Shown here in pieces: positions 1 through 7,887 of a DNA stretch of 22,398 bases. The notes under the pieces were generated by a model. That model saw nothing but the letters and a program-made list of their open reading frames with translations, was not told the DNA's origin and did no database searches. The stretch is from Candidatus Zixiibacteriota bacterium (lineage in GTDB: Bacteria; Zixibacteria; MSB-5A5; CAIYYT01). The translations under genes were made by a program, and so were the position numbers. The number at the start of each line of letters is the position of its first letter. Within the stretch, counting starts at the first letter, position 1. The stretch spans positions 1 to 22,398 of the forward strand of contig JBECKX010000141.1 in NCBI GenBank assembly GCA_040235515.1, read 5' to 3'.

Positions 1-2
1 AC

Positions 3-920
3 ACGGTACAGGGGCATCCCGAGATCTTCGAGTTGTTTTCACACCGACTCGCCAAAGATGCAAGTCCGCAAGCCTTGCGCGATACCCTGGCTGAAATGAT
101 GAATGGTGGTCACCCGCTGGTGGCTCAAATCACCGACCCGATGCGCAAGATCATCCGGCAACACTTGAAGTACTTCGCGGATGCCATGCCGACTGACTTC
201 GATCTGCGCGGTGCCAGTATTGGAAACCTGATCCTTGTCGGTGGTTACCTCAATAACGACCGTCACCTCGACCCGGTGATCTATATGTTCTCGAAGCTGG
301 TAGAGGTACGGGGCACCGTGCGGCCGGTCCTTGGCGATTCGTTGCACCTTATCGCCGAATTGGAGGATGGCTCCCTCGTAAAGGGACAACGGGAGCTGAC
401 CGGCAAGGAGGTTGCGCCGTTGCAGCAGAAGGTGAAGCGGGTTTACATCAGCGATGATCCGGTGGATGCCGGCGAGATGCTGGTGGAAAGTCGACAGAAG
501 ATCAAGGAGTTGATCGCAGAAGCGGAGTTGATCTGTTTCCCGATGGGCAGTTTCTATTCCTCCGTGATCGCGAATCTGCTGCCGGTGGGTATCACTGCCG
601 CGATCAGGGCGAATGAATGCCCGAAGGTTTTCATCCCCAACCCCGGCAACGACCCGGAGCAGTATGGTATTTCCTTGACCGAGTCGGTAGCGATCTTATT
701 AGATTACCTGCGCCGGTATGGGAACGAAACGGCGAAAGTCGCCGAGTTACTCAATTTCGTCGTCATCGACAGCGACGAATCTCTTTATGGGGGAGGGGTA
801 GATCGACGCGGACTGAAGAGCCTGGGTGTTGAGCTGATTGAATACGGGATAGCCGGGAAAGCTGAGCCGCACAGATTCAACGAGGAGGCGCTGTCGGAGG
901 TGTTGCTGTCGCTCACCTGA
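3..920 (+). CDS. CofD-related (CofD/UPF0052-like) protein of the GAK system, 5'-truncated by the window edge
   Basis: The frame is open from position 3 (TVQGHPEIFELFSHRL...), so the TTG at 33 is not the real start. It carries CofD/UPF0052-type motifs ASIGNLIL, AELEDG..V.GQ, AELICFPMGSFYSSVIANLLP.GI..AI and CPKVFIPN.G.DPEQ. It lies directly upstream of an amphi-Trp gene, the typical GAK context. Confidence 0.85.
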   Translation, partial: TVQGHPEIFELFSHRLAKDASPQALRDTLAEMMNGGHPLVAQITDPMRKIIRQHLKYFADAMPTDFDLRGASIGNLILVGGYLNNDRHLDPVIYMFSKLVEVRGTVRPVLGDSLHLIAELEDGSLVKGQRELTGKEVAPLQQKVKRVYISDDPVDAGEMLVESRQKIKELIAEAELICFPMGSFYSSVIANLLPVGITAAIRANECPKVFIPNPGNDPEQYGISLTESVAILLDYLRRYGNETAKVAELLNFVVIDSDESLYGGGVDRRGLKSLGVELIEYGIAGKAEPHRFNEEALSEVLLSLT

Positions 921-982
921 TACAGTGCTGTGTGAATTGGAATCGAATCAGAAGAATGGTTTCAAAATAGGAGGATCGAATT

Positions 983-1300
983 GTGAGTAAGAAGGAAATC
1001 AGCTACAAGGGACGAGTCGAGTACGAGAAAGCAATCGAGTACCTCGAAGAATTGGTCAAGGGCCTGAAGAGCGGCACGGTCTATCTGCAGAGCGAGCAGG
1101 AATACATCGAGCTGAGCCCCGGGAAAACAGTAATGATTGAAGCATCGGCGAGTCAGAAGAAAGACAAGGAGAAATTCAGCCTTGAGTTGAGCTGGTATCT
1201 CACCGAGGCTGACGGTGAGGATATCGGGCTGAAGATTTCTACCACCAAACCGGAGATCGATGAGGAGGTAGAAGCAGAGGCGAAGGAAGGATCGGAGTAG
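983..1300 (+). CDS. Amphi-Trp domain-containing protein (GAK system)
   Basis: Strong SD (AGGAGG, 969-974) before the GTG start. An amphipathic helix (AIEYLEELVKGLKSG) is followed by beta strands ending in the diagnostic Trp (KFSLELSW), then an acidic tail. Confidence 0.85.
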   Translation: MSKKEISYKGRVEYEKAIEYLEELVKGLKSGTVYLQSEQEYIELSPGKTVMIEASASQKKDKEKFSLELSWYLTEADGEDIGLKISTTKPEIDEEVEAEAKEGSE

Positions 1301-1422
1301 ACAGCCAGGCTTCGCCTAACCAATTGCAGGACATCCTTGTACGCCGAGTTCATAAAGCGGCGGCACTGGAGTCTTGCGTGCCTTCCCGAAAAGAGGAGGG
1401 CATCGGACGAGGTCAGAATAGT

Positions 1423-1462
1423 GACCGGCGGATCGCGGAGATCAGCCGGTCTTTTTTGTTTT
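1423..1462 (+). terminator. Rho-independent terminator closing the GAK operon
   Basis: GACCGGCGGATC-GCGGA-GATCAGCCGGTC stem (one mismatch) followed by TTTTTTGTTTT. Confidence 0.8.
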
Positions 1463-1506
1463 CGGCGGGTGTGCAGAAGCTCAACTTTCCGGCGCTTAGG
1501 ATTTAG

Positions 1507-1538
1507 TTGACTAATCTCTCAATCTGTTTATATATAGT
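1507..1538 (+). promoter_or_regulatory. Putative sigma70 promoter of the protease gene
   Basis: TTGACT at 1507-1512 and an AT-rich TATATATAGT block at 1529-1538, inside an AT-rich intergenic patch. The -10 register is ambiguous. Confidence 0.4.
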
Positions 1539-1627
1539 TGGTTACAGATAACTATTGACCCAATATACCCACATTCCCCCGACCATACCAATCGGTGTGA
1601 TCTAGCTTGCGAGATTGGAGGAGCAGC

Positions 1628-4600
1628 ATGCAACGAGGCTACCGCACGTCTCTACTTGTGATTGTCCTACTGGTAGTTTTGGCTTGTGCGATGTCCTTGC
1701 TGGCCGCGAACAGTGACGAGTCAGCTTACGGACCTAACCTATTGCCTTATTCACCTGATGTAGAATCGTATATCGTCGACGACGCCGGCGTACCGATCAT
1801 GGTGCGCGGAACTCTGACCGAAGCCGTTCAGCGTGGCAGCGAAATTCCGGCTTCACTGGCGTTCTTCGAGCAAAACAGGGCGGCTTATCGGATTGCCAAT
1901 CCGGCGCAGGATTTACAGCTAAAGTCAATGGCCGAAGACAATTTCGGCAACCGACACCTTAGATTTAACCAGTACCACGACGGTGTCAGGATTTTCGGTG
2001 CCCAGGTAGTAACTCACTTCGGCAACAATGGTGTAATGCGTGCCGTGAACGGTGATGTCGTTACGAAGCTGAATCTACCGAGCACGAAGCCTTCACTCAG
2101 CGGCGCCGCTGCCGAAACGATTGCTCGTACCGACGTTGCTGCAGAGATTGGACCTGCGGACGCCGAGGAAAGCGAGCTGGTGATTTTTCAGTGGGAGGGT
2201 AGTGACTACCTCGTCTGGCGCACGGTAATGCGTAACCCGGAGCGTCTGGGTCGCTGGGAATATTTCATCGACGCGATCAACGGCGAGATCATTTACAAAG
2301 CTAATCGCATCATGGACACTGAAGCGATCGGCACCGGTACCAACGTACTCGGATTGCCTCGCAATCACATCGATACCGACTTCACCGGCAGCACCTACCA
2401 GATGAAGGACTTCACCCGTCAGGCCGGGAATAATGTTCATGGCCACGATGGACAGATGCCGTCTGGCGCCTACCTGCAGACGAACATAGCCGGTGCTTCA
2501 CTTCCGGGCAGCATCGCGACCGATGCGGACAACGTCTGGAATGCTGGTGGTTCGCAAGCCGCCGCGGTTGATGGTCATGTTTACTCCGCGGTAGTTTACG
2601 ACTGGTGGCTTGATCAGTTTGGCCGCAACAGCTTCAACAACAGCGGCGCCAGCATGCTTACGATCGTGAACTATAGCGGTGAGGGCACCAACAACGCTTA
2701 CTGGGATGGTTTGCGCATCGTGGTGTGGGCGGCCGGAACCGGTTGGCGTTCGCTGGCGACCTGCCCCGACGTAATCGCGCACGAATGGGGTCATGCGGTG
2801 ACCGAGAATGAATCGGACCTCGTGTACCAGAAGGAATCTGGCGCACTCAACGAGTCGTTTTCCGATATGATGGGAGCCGCTTTCGAGTGGGCTCACGATA
2901 CGCTCGATACTCCCGATTGGTTGATGGGCGAGAATGGTCAGACTTCCGGCGCCGGATTCCGCAACATGGCGGATCCGCATGCAGCCGGTGATCCTGACAC
3001 GTATGGGACGGGCGATCCGTTCTGGATCGATGTGAACGGCTGTTCTCCCTCCCAGTTCAACGACTACTGCGGTGTGCATACTAACAGTGGTGTCGGCAAC
3101 AAGTGGTTCTATCTGCTTTCGGATGGCGGGACTCACAATGGTGTGACGGTTGATGGTATCGGCGTGGCCGAAGCGATCAAAGTCGCCCTGCAGGCGAACA
3201 TGAACTACTGGACACCGAACATCGTCTACTATGATGCGGCCGTCGCTACGGTCACAGCCGCCGATGATATCGATCCGAGCGGGGCCTACGCGCTTGAAGT
3301 TGCCAAGGCCTGGAACGCAGTCGGGGTCGCTGTACCGTTTGCCGCGATCTCCTTCAACTATCCGAACGGAGTGCCGTCCACGCTGGTCCCGAATCAACTC
3401 ACCACGTTCCTGGTTGATGTTGCCGGTGTCACCGGTGGAACCCCTCTCTCCGGCACCGGAAAACTGCACTATCGCATCGATGGCGGTGCCTGGGTCCAGA
3501 CCTCGATGTTGGTGCTGAGCCCCAACCACTATCAGGCGTCGCTTCCACAGATTGACTGCCTGAGTGAGATAGAATTCTATGTAACCGCGGAAGAGGCCGT
3601 AAGCGGTGAATTCTCCGATCCTTCACCGAATAACCCGTTCCGCGCGATTGCGGTGGAGAATTCCTCCACTGTCATGGCAGACAATTTCGAATCTGATCTT
3701 GGCTGGACGACCGGCGGAAACGCCAGCGCGGGACAGTGGGAACGTGGACTGCCGGCGGGTGGCGGCGATCGTGGTGATCCCGCGAGTGACTTCGATGGTT
3801 CCGGGCAGTGCTACCTGACCGGACGCCTTGATGGTGACACCGACGTAGATGGCGGTACGACGATTCTCTATTCACCGACATTCAATCTTTCCTCGGGTGA
3901 TGGCTACATCAGCTATGCCCGTTGGTATTCCAATGTGTTCGGTGCCGCACCGAATGCCGATGTGATGGAAATCTATATCTCCAACAACAACGGCAGTAGC
4001 TGGACGCTCGTGGAAACCGTCGGTCCGGTGACTGAGGCATCAGGCGGATGGGTGGAAGCCGGTTTCTTCGCCAGCGACTACGTCACTCCGACCGGTACGA
4101 TGATGATGCGCTTTGACGCATCCGATCTTGGCGACGGATCAGTGGTGGAGGCTGCGATCGATGCGTTTGACGTTACGATCTACTCCTGCACCAGCACGCA
4201 GTTCAATATCACTACGCCTTCGATTCCCGACTGGACGGCCGGAGTACCGTTCTCGCTTCAACTGGAGGCGGAAAACGGGCAGGGTCAATTGACCTGGACA
4301 GATGCGAACAATGGCCTTGCAGGCACCGGCCTGAGCCTTTCGACGAGCGGTTTGATTTCAGGTACCCCGATCAGCGCTCAGCCGATCCAGTTGCGCGCGC
4401 GCGCGACCGACCAGGGCGGCGCTTTTACCTTCAAGCTGTATGCGTTCGATGTCAACAGCCCCGTCAGTATCGCAGAAACCGACATTCCGGACTGGACGGA
4501 AGGTGTCGCGTACTCGCAGCAATTGACGATCGGCGGTGGTACAGGTGCGCTGACGATTGTAGATCGCGATGGTGATCTTGCCGGAACCGGGCTGAGCCTG

Positions 4601-5194
4601 AGCGGCACGGGTCTTGTCTCCGGGACACCCTCCAGCGCCGGCACGATTCAATTCGTGGTAAGCGCGACCGATGGTGTCGGATCAAATGCAGAGCAAACTC
4701 TGGTTTTCGACATCAATCAAGCGCCGGAGATCACAACGGTCGCTTGTCCCGATGGTATCATCGACGAAGCTTATTCATTCACGCTTGAGTCGCAGTTCGG
4801 TACCGCTCCGATCGGGTGGAGCAACCCCAGCGGAAACCTTGCCGCAGCGGGTCTATCACTTAGCCCGGCCGGCATCCTTAGCGGAACGCCGACTGTCGAT
4901 ATGACCGTTACCTTCACCGCCCGTGTTACCGACGCGGCCGGTGCGCAGGTAAACAAGCAGTTTGAGTTTGATGTTGCTCCGGCTTACATCTGCGGTGATG
5001 CAGACGGCAGTGAGATGGTTTCTATCGCCGATGCAGTGATGGTAATCAACTACATCTTCGGCGGCGGTGGCGCTCCCGACCCGATTGAGTCTGCCGACGT
5101 TGACTGCAGTGGCAACGTGAGTATCAGCGATGCGGTGTTCATCATCAACTTCATCTTTGGTGGTGGCGACGCTCCTTGCTCCGATTGCCCGTAA
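1628..5194 (+). CDS. Secreted M4-family (thermolysin-like) zinc metallopeptidase with propeptide, a beta-sandwich/MAM-like region, 3 Ig-like repeats and a C-terminal dockerin-like domain
   Basis: ATG at 1628 follows GGAGGAG and starts a signal peptide (LLVIVLLVVLACAMSLLA). FTP/PepSY-like propeptide (HLRFNQYHDGVRIFG, YFIDAINGEII). Catalytic motifs NNAYWDG, HEWGH (2780-2794), GALNESFSD and GVHTNSG. C-terminal duplicated Ca-loop repeat. Confidence 0.93.
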   Translation: MQRGYRTSLLVIVLLVVLACAMSLLAANSDESAYGPNLLPYSPDVESYIVDDAGVPIMVRGTLTEAVQRGSEIPASLAFFEQNRAAYRIANPAQDLQLKSMAEDNFGNRHLRFNQYHDGVRIFGAQVVTHFGNNGVMRAVNGDVVTKLNLPSTKPSLSGAAAETIARTDVAAEIGPADAEESELVIFQWEGSDYLVWRTVMRNPERLGRWEYFIDAINGEIIYKANRIMDTEAIGTGTNVLGLPRNHIDTDFTGSTYQMKDFTRQAGNNVHGHDGQMPSGAYLQTNIAGASLPGSIATDADNVWNAGGSQAAAVDGHVYSAVVYDWWLDQFGRNSFNNSGASMLTIVNYSGEGTNNAYWDGLRIVVWAAGTGWRSLATCPDVIAHEWGHAVTENESDLVYQKESGALNESFSDMMGAAFEWAHDTLDTPDWLMGENGQTSGAGFRNMADPHAAGDPDTYGTGDPFWIDVNGCSPSQFNDYCGVHTNSGVGNKWFYLLSDGGTHNGVTVDGIGVAEAIKVALQANMNYWTPNIVYYDAAVATVTAADDIDPSGAYALEVAKAWNAVGVAVPFAAISFNYPNGVPSTLVPNQLTTFLVDVAGVTGGTPLSGTGKLHYRIDGGAWVQTSMLVLSPNHYQASLPQIDCLSEIEFYVTAEEAVSGEFSDPSPNNPFRAIAVENSSTVMADNFESDLGWTTGGNASAGQWERGLPAGGGDRGDPASDFDGSGQCYLTGRLDGDTDVDGGTTILYSPTFNLSSGDGYISYARWYSNVFGAAPNADVMEIYISNNNGSSWTLVETVGPVTEASGGWVEAGFFASDYVTPTGTMMMRFDASDLGDGSVVEAAIDAFDVTIYSCTSTQFNITTPSIPDWTAGVPFSLQLEAENGQGQLTWTDANNGLAGTGLSLSTSGLISGTPISAQPIQLRARATDQGGAFTFKLYAFDVNSPVSIAETDIPDWTEGVAYSQQLTIGGGTGALTIVDRDGDLAGTGLSLSGTGLVSGTPSSAGTIQFVVSATDGVGSNAEQTLVFDINQAPEITTVACPDGIIDEAYSFTLESQFGTAPIGWSNPSGNLAAAGLSLSPAGILSGTPTVDMTVTFTARVTDAAGAQVNKQFEFDVAPAYICGDADGSEMVSIADAVMVINYIFGGGGAPDPIESADVDCSGNVSISDAVFIINFIFGGGDAPCSDCP
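4202..4984 (+). repeat. Three tandem 87-aa putative Ig-like (He_PIG-type) repeats within the protease
   Basis: Repeat units ..I....PD......S..L......G.L...GLSLS..G..SGTP have a 261-nt period (ATTCCCGACTGGACGG at 4223, ATTCCGGACTGGACGG at 4484). Confidence 0.8.
4991..5191 (+). other. Dockerin type I-like C-terminal domain (two EF-hand-like repeats)
   Basis: GDADGSEMVSIADAVMVINYIFGGG and ADVDCSGNVSISDAVFIINFIFGGG fit the duplicated D-x-D-x-S-x-x-V-x-x-x-D loop-helix pattern of dockerins. Confidence 0.8.
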
Positions 5195-5219
5195 CGCCGC
5201 GACATAATTGAGCAGATGC

Positions 5220-5253
5220 AGACCCGCCTGAGGCTTCAGGCGGGTCTTTTTTT
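5220..5253 (+). terminator. Rho-independent terminator after the protease
   Basis: Perfect 12-bp stem AGACCCGCCTGA-GGCT-TCAGGCGGGTCT followed by a T run. Confidence 0.9.
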
Positions 5254-5347
5254 GCCCGCTGGTAACGGACCTGCAAGTAGAGTTCACGCAGATGAATATC
5301 AGAAAGGGATTGTCTCATTCCGTTCCAGTTCGTACCCTCGACCTAAC

Positions 5348-6157
5348 ATGAATGAGGGCGCAACCAACAATCCCGCTGAGATTGAATTAGTTGAGGTATC
5401 CAAGCGTTTCGGAGCGGCATCAGAGCCGGCGGTCGATCGGCTCAGTCTGAGTGTCGGCGCCGGGGAGTTTCTGGTGTTGCTGGGGGAATCAGGGTGTGGC
5501 AAGACTACCACTCTGAAGATGATCAATCGACTGCTTGAACCGAGCAGTGGGGAGATCAGGATCTCCGGCGCTGATATCCTGCAAGAGGACCCGGTGTTGC
5601 TGCGGCGCAGGATTGGGTATGTCGTTCAGGGGATCGGGCTGTTTCCGCACTTGACGGTGGGGGAGAACGTCGGCATCGTCCCCACGTTGATGGGTTGGGA
5701 GCAGAACAAAATCAGGCGCCGCGTGGATGAACTGCTTGAGCTGATGGGACTCACTCCGGCAGAATTCATCGACAGAGATACGGCCGAACTCTCCGGAGGA
5801 CAGCAGCAGCGCGTGGGGGTGGCGCGGGCACTGGCCGGCAGGCCGCGGATCATGCTGATGGATGAGCCATTCGGCGCGCTTGATCCGTTGACACGTGACA
5901 AACTTCAGTTCGAGTTCAAACAACTGCAACGGCAACTTAAGCTCACCGTTGTGATGGTGACGCACGACATGATGGAAGCGGTGTTGTTGGCGGATCGTAT
6001 CGCAGTGATGCGTGACGGTCGTCTGGTGGAGGTCGGCGAGCCTGCGGCCTTGATGCGGGCGGCGCAGGAGGATTACACCGATGCCTTGCTGTCGGCTCCC
6101 AAAGAACAGGCTGAGCAGCTTTCGCGTTTGATGCATGGTGGGGGAAGCGATGAATGA
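5348..6157 (+). CDS. ABC transporter ATP-binding subunit, quaternary-amine (OpuA/OsmV/EgtV-like) family
   Basis: Walker A GESGCGKTT, LRRRIGYVVQGIGLFPH, signature LSGGQQQRVG, Walker B MLMDEPFGALD and H-loop VTHD. The start is moved from 5216 to ATG 5348 because the longer ORF runs through the terminator. Confidence 0.9.
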   Translation: MNEGATNNPAEIELVEVSKRFGAASEPAVDRLSLSVGAGEFLVLLGESGCGKTTTLKMINRLLEPSSGEIRISGADILQEDPVLLRRRIGYVVQGIGLFPHLTVGENVGIVPTLMGWEQNKIRRRVDELLELMGLTPAEFIDRDTAELSGGQQQRVGVARALAGRPRIMLMDEPFGALDPLTRDKLQFEFKQLQRQLKLTVVMVTHDMMEAVLLADRIAVMRDGRLVEVGEPAALMRAAQEDYTDALLSAPKEQAEQLSRLMHGGGSDE

Positions 6158-7664
6158 CTCCATGTTGATGGAGCAGTTGCACCGCCTGCCTGACTACCTG
6201 AGCGCGCATCTACTATTGACCATCGTAGCGCTGGCGGTAGGCGTCGTCGTGTGCATCCCGCTTGGGTTTCTTGTAACTCGAGTGAAGGCGCTACAGTGGC
6301 CGACCCTCAGTGTCGTGGGGGTGTTGCAGACGATTCCCGGCATCGCTTTGCTGGCGCTGATGGTGCCATTGCTGGGTATGATCGGGTTCGTGCCGGCGCT
6401 GATTGCATTGTCGATTTACAGCTTTCTGCCGATCCTGCGCAATACCGTGACCGGGGTGCTGGGGGTTGACGGCTCGATTGTCGAGGCTGCTCGCGGCATC
6501 GGAATGACAGATCGCCAACTGCTGTTCCGAGTCGAGCTGCCACTAGCCTTACCCGTCATCGTGGCCGGTGTCAGGACAGCGACGGTCTGGATCGTTGGCA
6601 CTGCGACACTTGCCACACCGGTAGGGGCAACGAGTCTGGGGAACTACATATTTGGTGGACTGCAAACGCAGAACATCACCGCTGTGCTGGTTGGCTGCAT
6701 ATCCGCTGCGTTGCTTGCGATCATCCTTGACCAGATTGTGCGCCTGGTTGAAGTCGCAGCCACGCGCCGCAACTTCAGGCTTGGCGCTCTTGCCACTCTG
6801 TTGCTCCTGCTCCTGTTTGCGCTTGGTATCGGGCCGTCGCTGGCTGAGAGATTGGCGGACAACAACAGAAAGGTCATCATTGGCGCCAAGACTTTCACCG
6901 AGCAGTACATTCTCGCGAACCTGATTACGAAACTTCTGGATGAAGAAGGCATTGCGGCGGAGAGCCGTGCAGGGATGGGCTCGATAATCCTCTTCGATGC
7001 GCTGGCCAGCGGTGGAGTCGATTGTTATGTCGATTACTCCGGCACGGTGTGGGCCAACGCGATGAAACGGGAGGTAGTTCCGAGCCGCGACACTCTGTTG
7101 GCGGAAATGACCGATTGGCTTCGTGATGTTAAAGGCATCAGGAATCTCGGCGCCTTGGGGTTCGAGAACACCTATGCGCTGGCTGTCACCAGGGAGACGG
7201 CAAAGAAGTATGGGCTGCGAAGCATCTCGGATCTGAGCGCGGTGGCGCCACAGCTCTCGATAGGGAGCGACTACGAATTCTTTTCTCGGCCCGAATGGAG
7301 CGCGTTCAAGGCAACCTACCGATTCGATTTCAACGACCATCTCTCGATCGACCCGGCACTGATGTACAGCGCGGTCAGCGAGGGGGAGACGGATGTCATT
7401 ACCGCATTTTCGACCGACGGCAGGATCATTGACTACGATCTCGTTTTGCTGACCGACGACAGGCAGGTGTTCCCACCCTACGACGCGGTCCTGCTCGTAT
7501 CGGAGACCGCCGCCGACAACGAACCGCTGCTCTCTGCTCTGCAGTCGCTCGTCAACGGAATCAGCGATCAGCAGATGCAAGTTGCCAATAAGATAGTCGA
7601 TGTCGATGGCTTCTCGGTCGACTCGGCGGCAACGTACCTGCTCCACCAGCTTGAGGGGGACTGA
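6150..7664 (+). CDS. ABC transporter permease fused to a betaine-type substrate-binding domain (OpuBC/EgtU-like)
   Basis: N-terminal TM domain with QTIPGIAL and the EAA loop (VEAARGIGMT). C-terminal OpuAC-type SBP (GAKTFTEQYIL, YVDYSGT, GFENTYALAV, AFSTDGRI, FPPYDA). ATG 6150 overlaps the ATPase stop by 8 nt. Confidence 0.9.
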   Translation: MNDSMLMEQLHRLPDYLSAHLLLTIVALAVGVVVCIPLGFLVTRVKALQWPTLSVVGVLQTIPGIALLALMVPLLGMIGFVPALIALSIYSFLPILRNTVTGVLGVDGSIVEAARGIGMTDRQLLFRVELPLALPVIVAGVRTATVWIVGTATLATPVGATSLGNYIFGGLQTQNITAVLVGCISAALLAIILDQIVRLVEVAATRRNFRLGALATLLLLLLFALGIGPSLAERLADNNRKVIIGAKTFTEQYILANLITKLLDEEGIAAESRAGMGSIILFDALASGGVDCYVDYSGTVWANAMKREVVPSRDTLLAEMTDWLRDVKGIRNLGALGFENTYALAVTRETAKKYGLRSISDLSAVAPQLSIGSDYEFFSRPEWSAFKATYRFDFNDHLSIDPALMYSAVSEGETDVITAFSTDGRIIDYDLVLLTDDRQVFPPYDAVLLVSETAADNEPLLSALQSLVNGISDQQMQVANKIVDVDGFSVDSAATYLLHQLEGD

Positions 7665-7709
7665 GTTGTGAGCCGGGTGGTAGCAGCGGCCACTAATTGC
7701 AAAAGATGA

Positions 7710-7737
7710 TTGACTATGTGGTCAAAGTGGATACACT
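7710..7737 (+). promoter_or_regulatory. Putative sigma70 promoter of egtB-egtD with an overlapping palindrome
   Basis: TTGACT-16 nt-TACACT. The -35 is the left arm of the inverted repeat TTGACTA-TG-TGGTCAA (7710-7725). A perfect TATAAT also lies at 7768-7773. Confidence 0.55.
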
Positions 7738-7887
7738 TAGAATACATCTGATCAGCAAGTTAAAACGTATAATCTACAAGTGCGAGCCATCGGAAGGGTG
7801 AGCCATTCGGTTACCGCACTCAGCTCAGCACGTTTGAGCGGATAGAATTGGACTGGATAACTTAAAAGCACTGAAGGATGTGAGGTC

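Noticed and set aside
2498..3529. 343-aa minus-strand ORF, plus similar long antisense ORFs (6549-7646, 11961-12773, 15734-16396, 17825-18574)
   Set aside because: They lie almost wholly opposite well-supported genes and have no recognisable motifs, as expected for shadow ORFs in GC-rich coding DNA.
5216..5347. N-terminal extension of the ABC ATPase in the ORF track
   Set aside because: It runs through the protease terminator hairpin and has no ABC similarity. ATG 5348 fits better.
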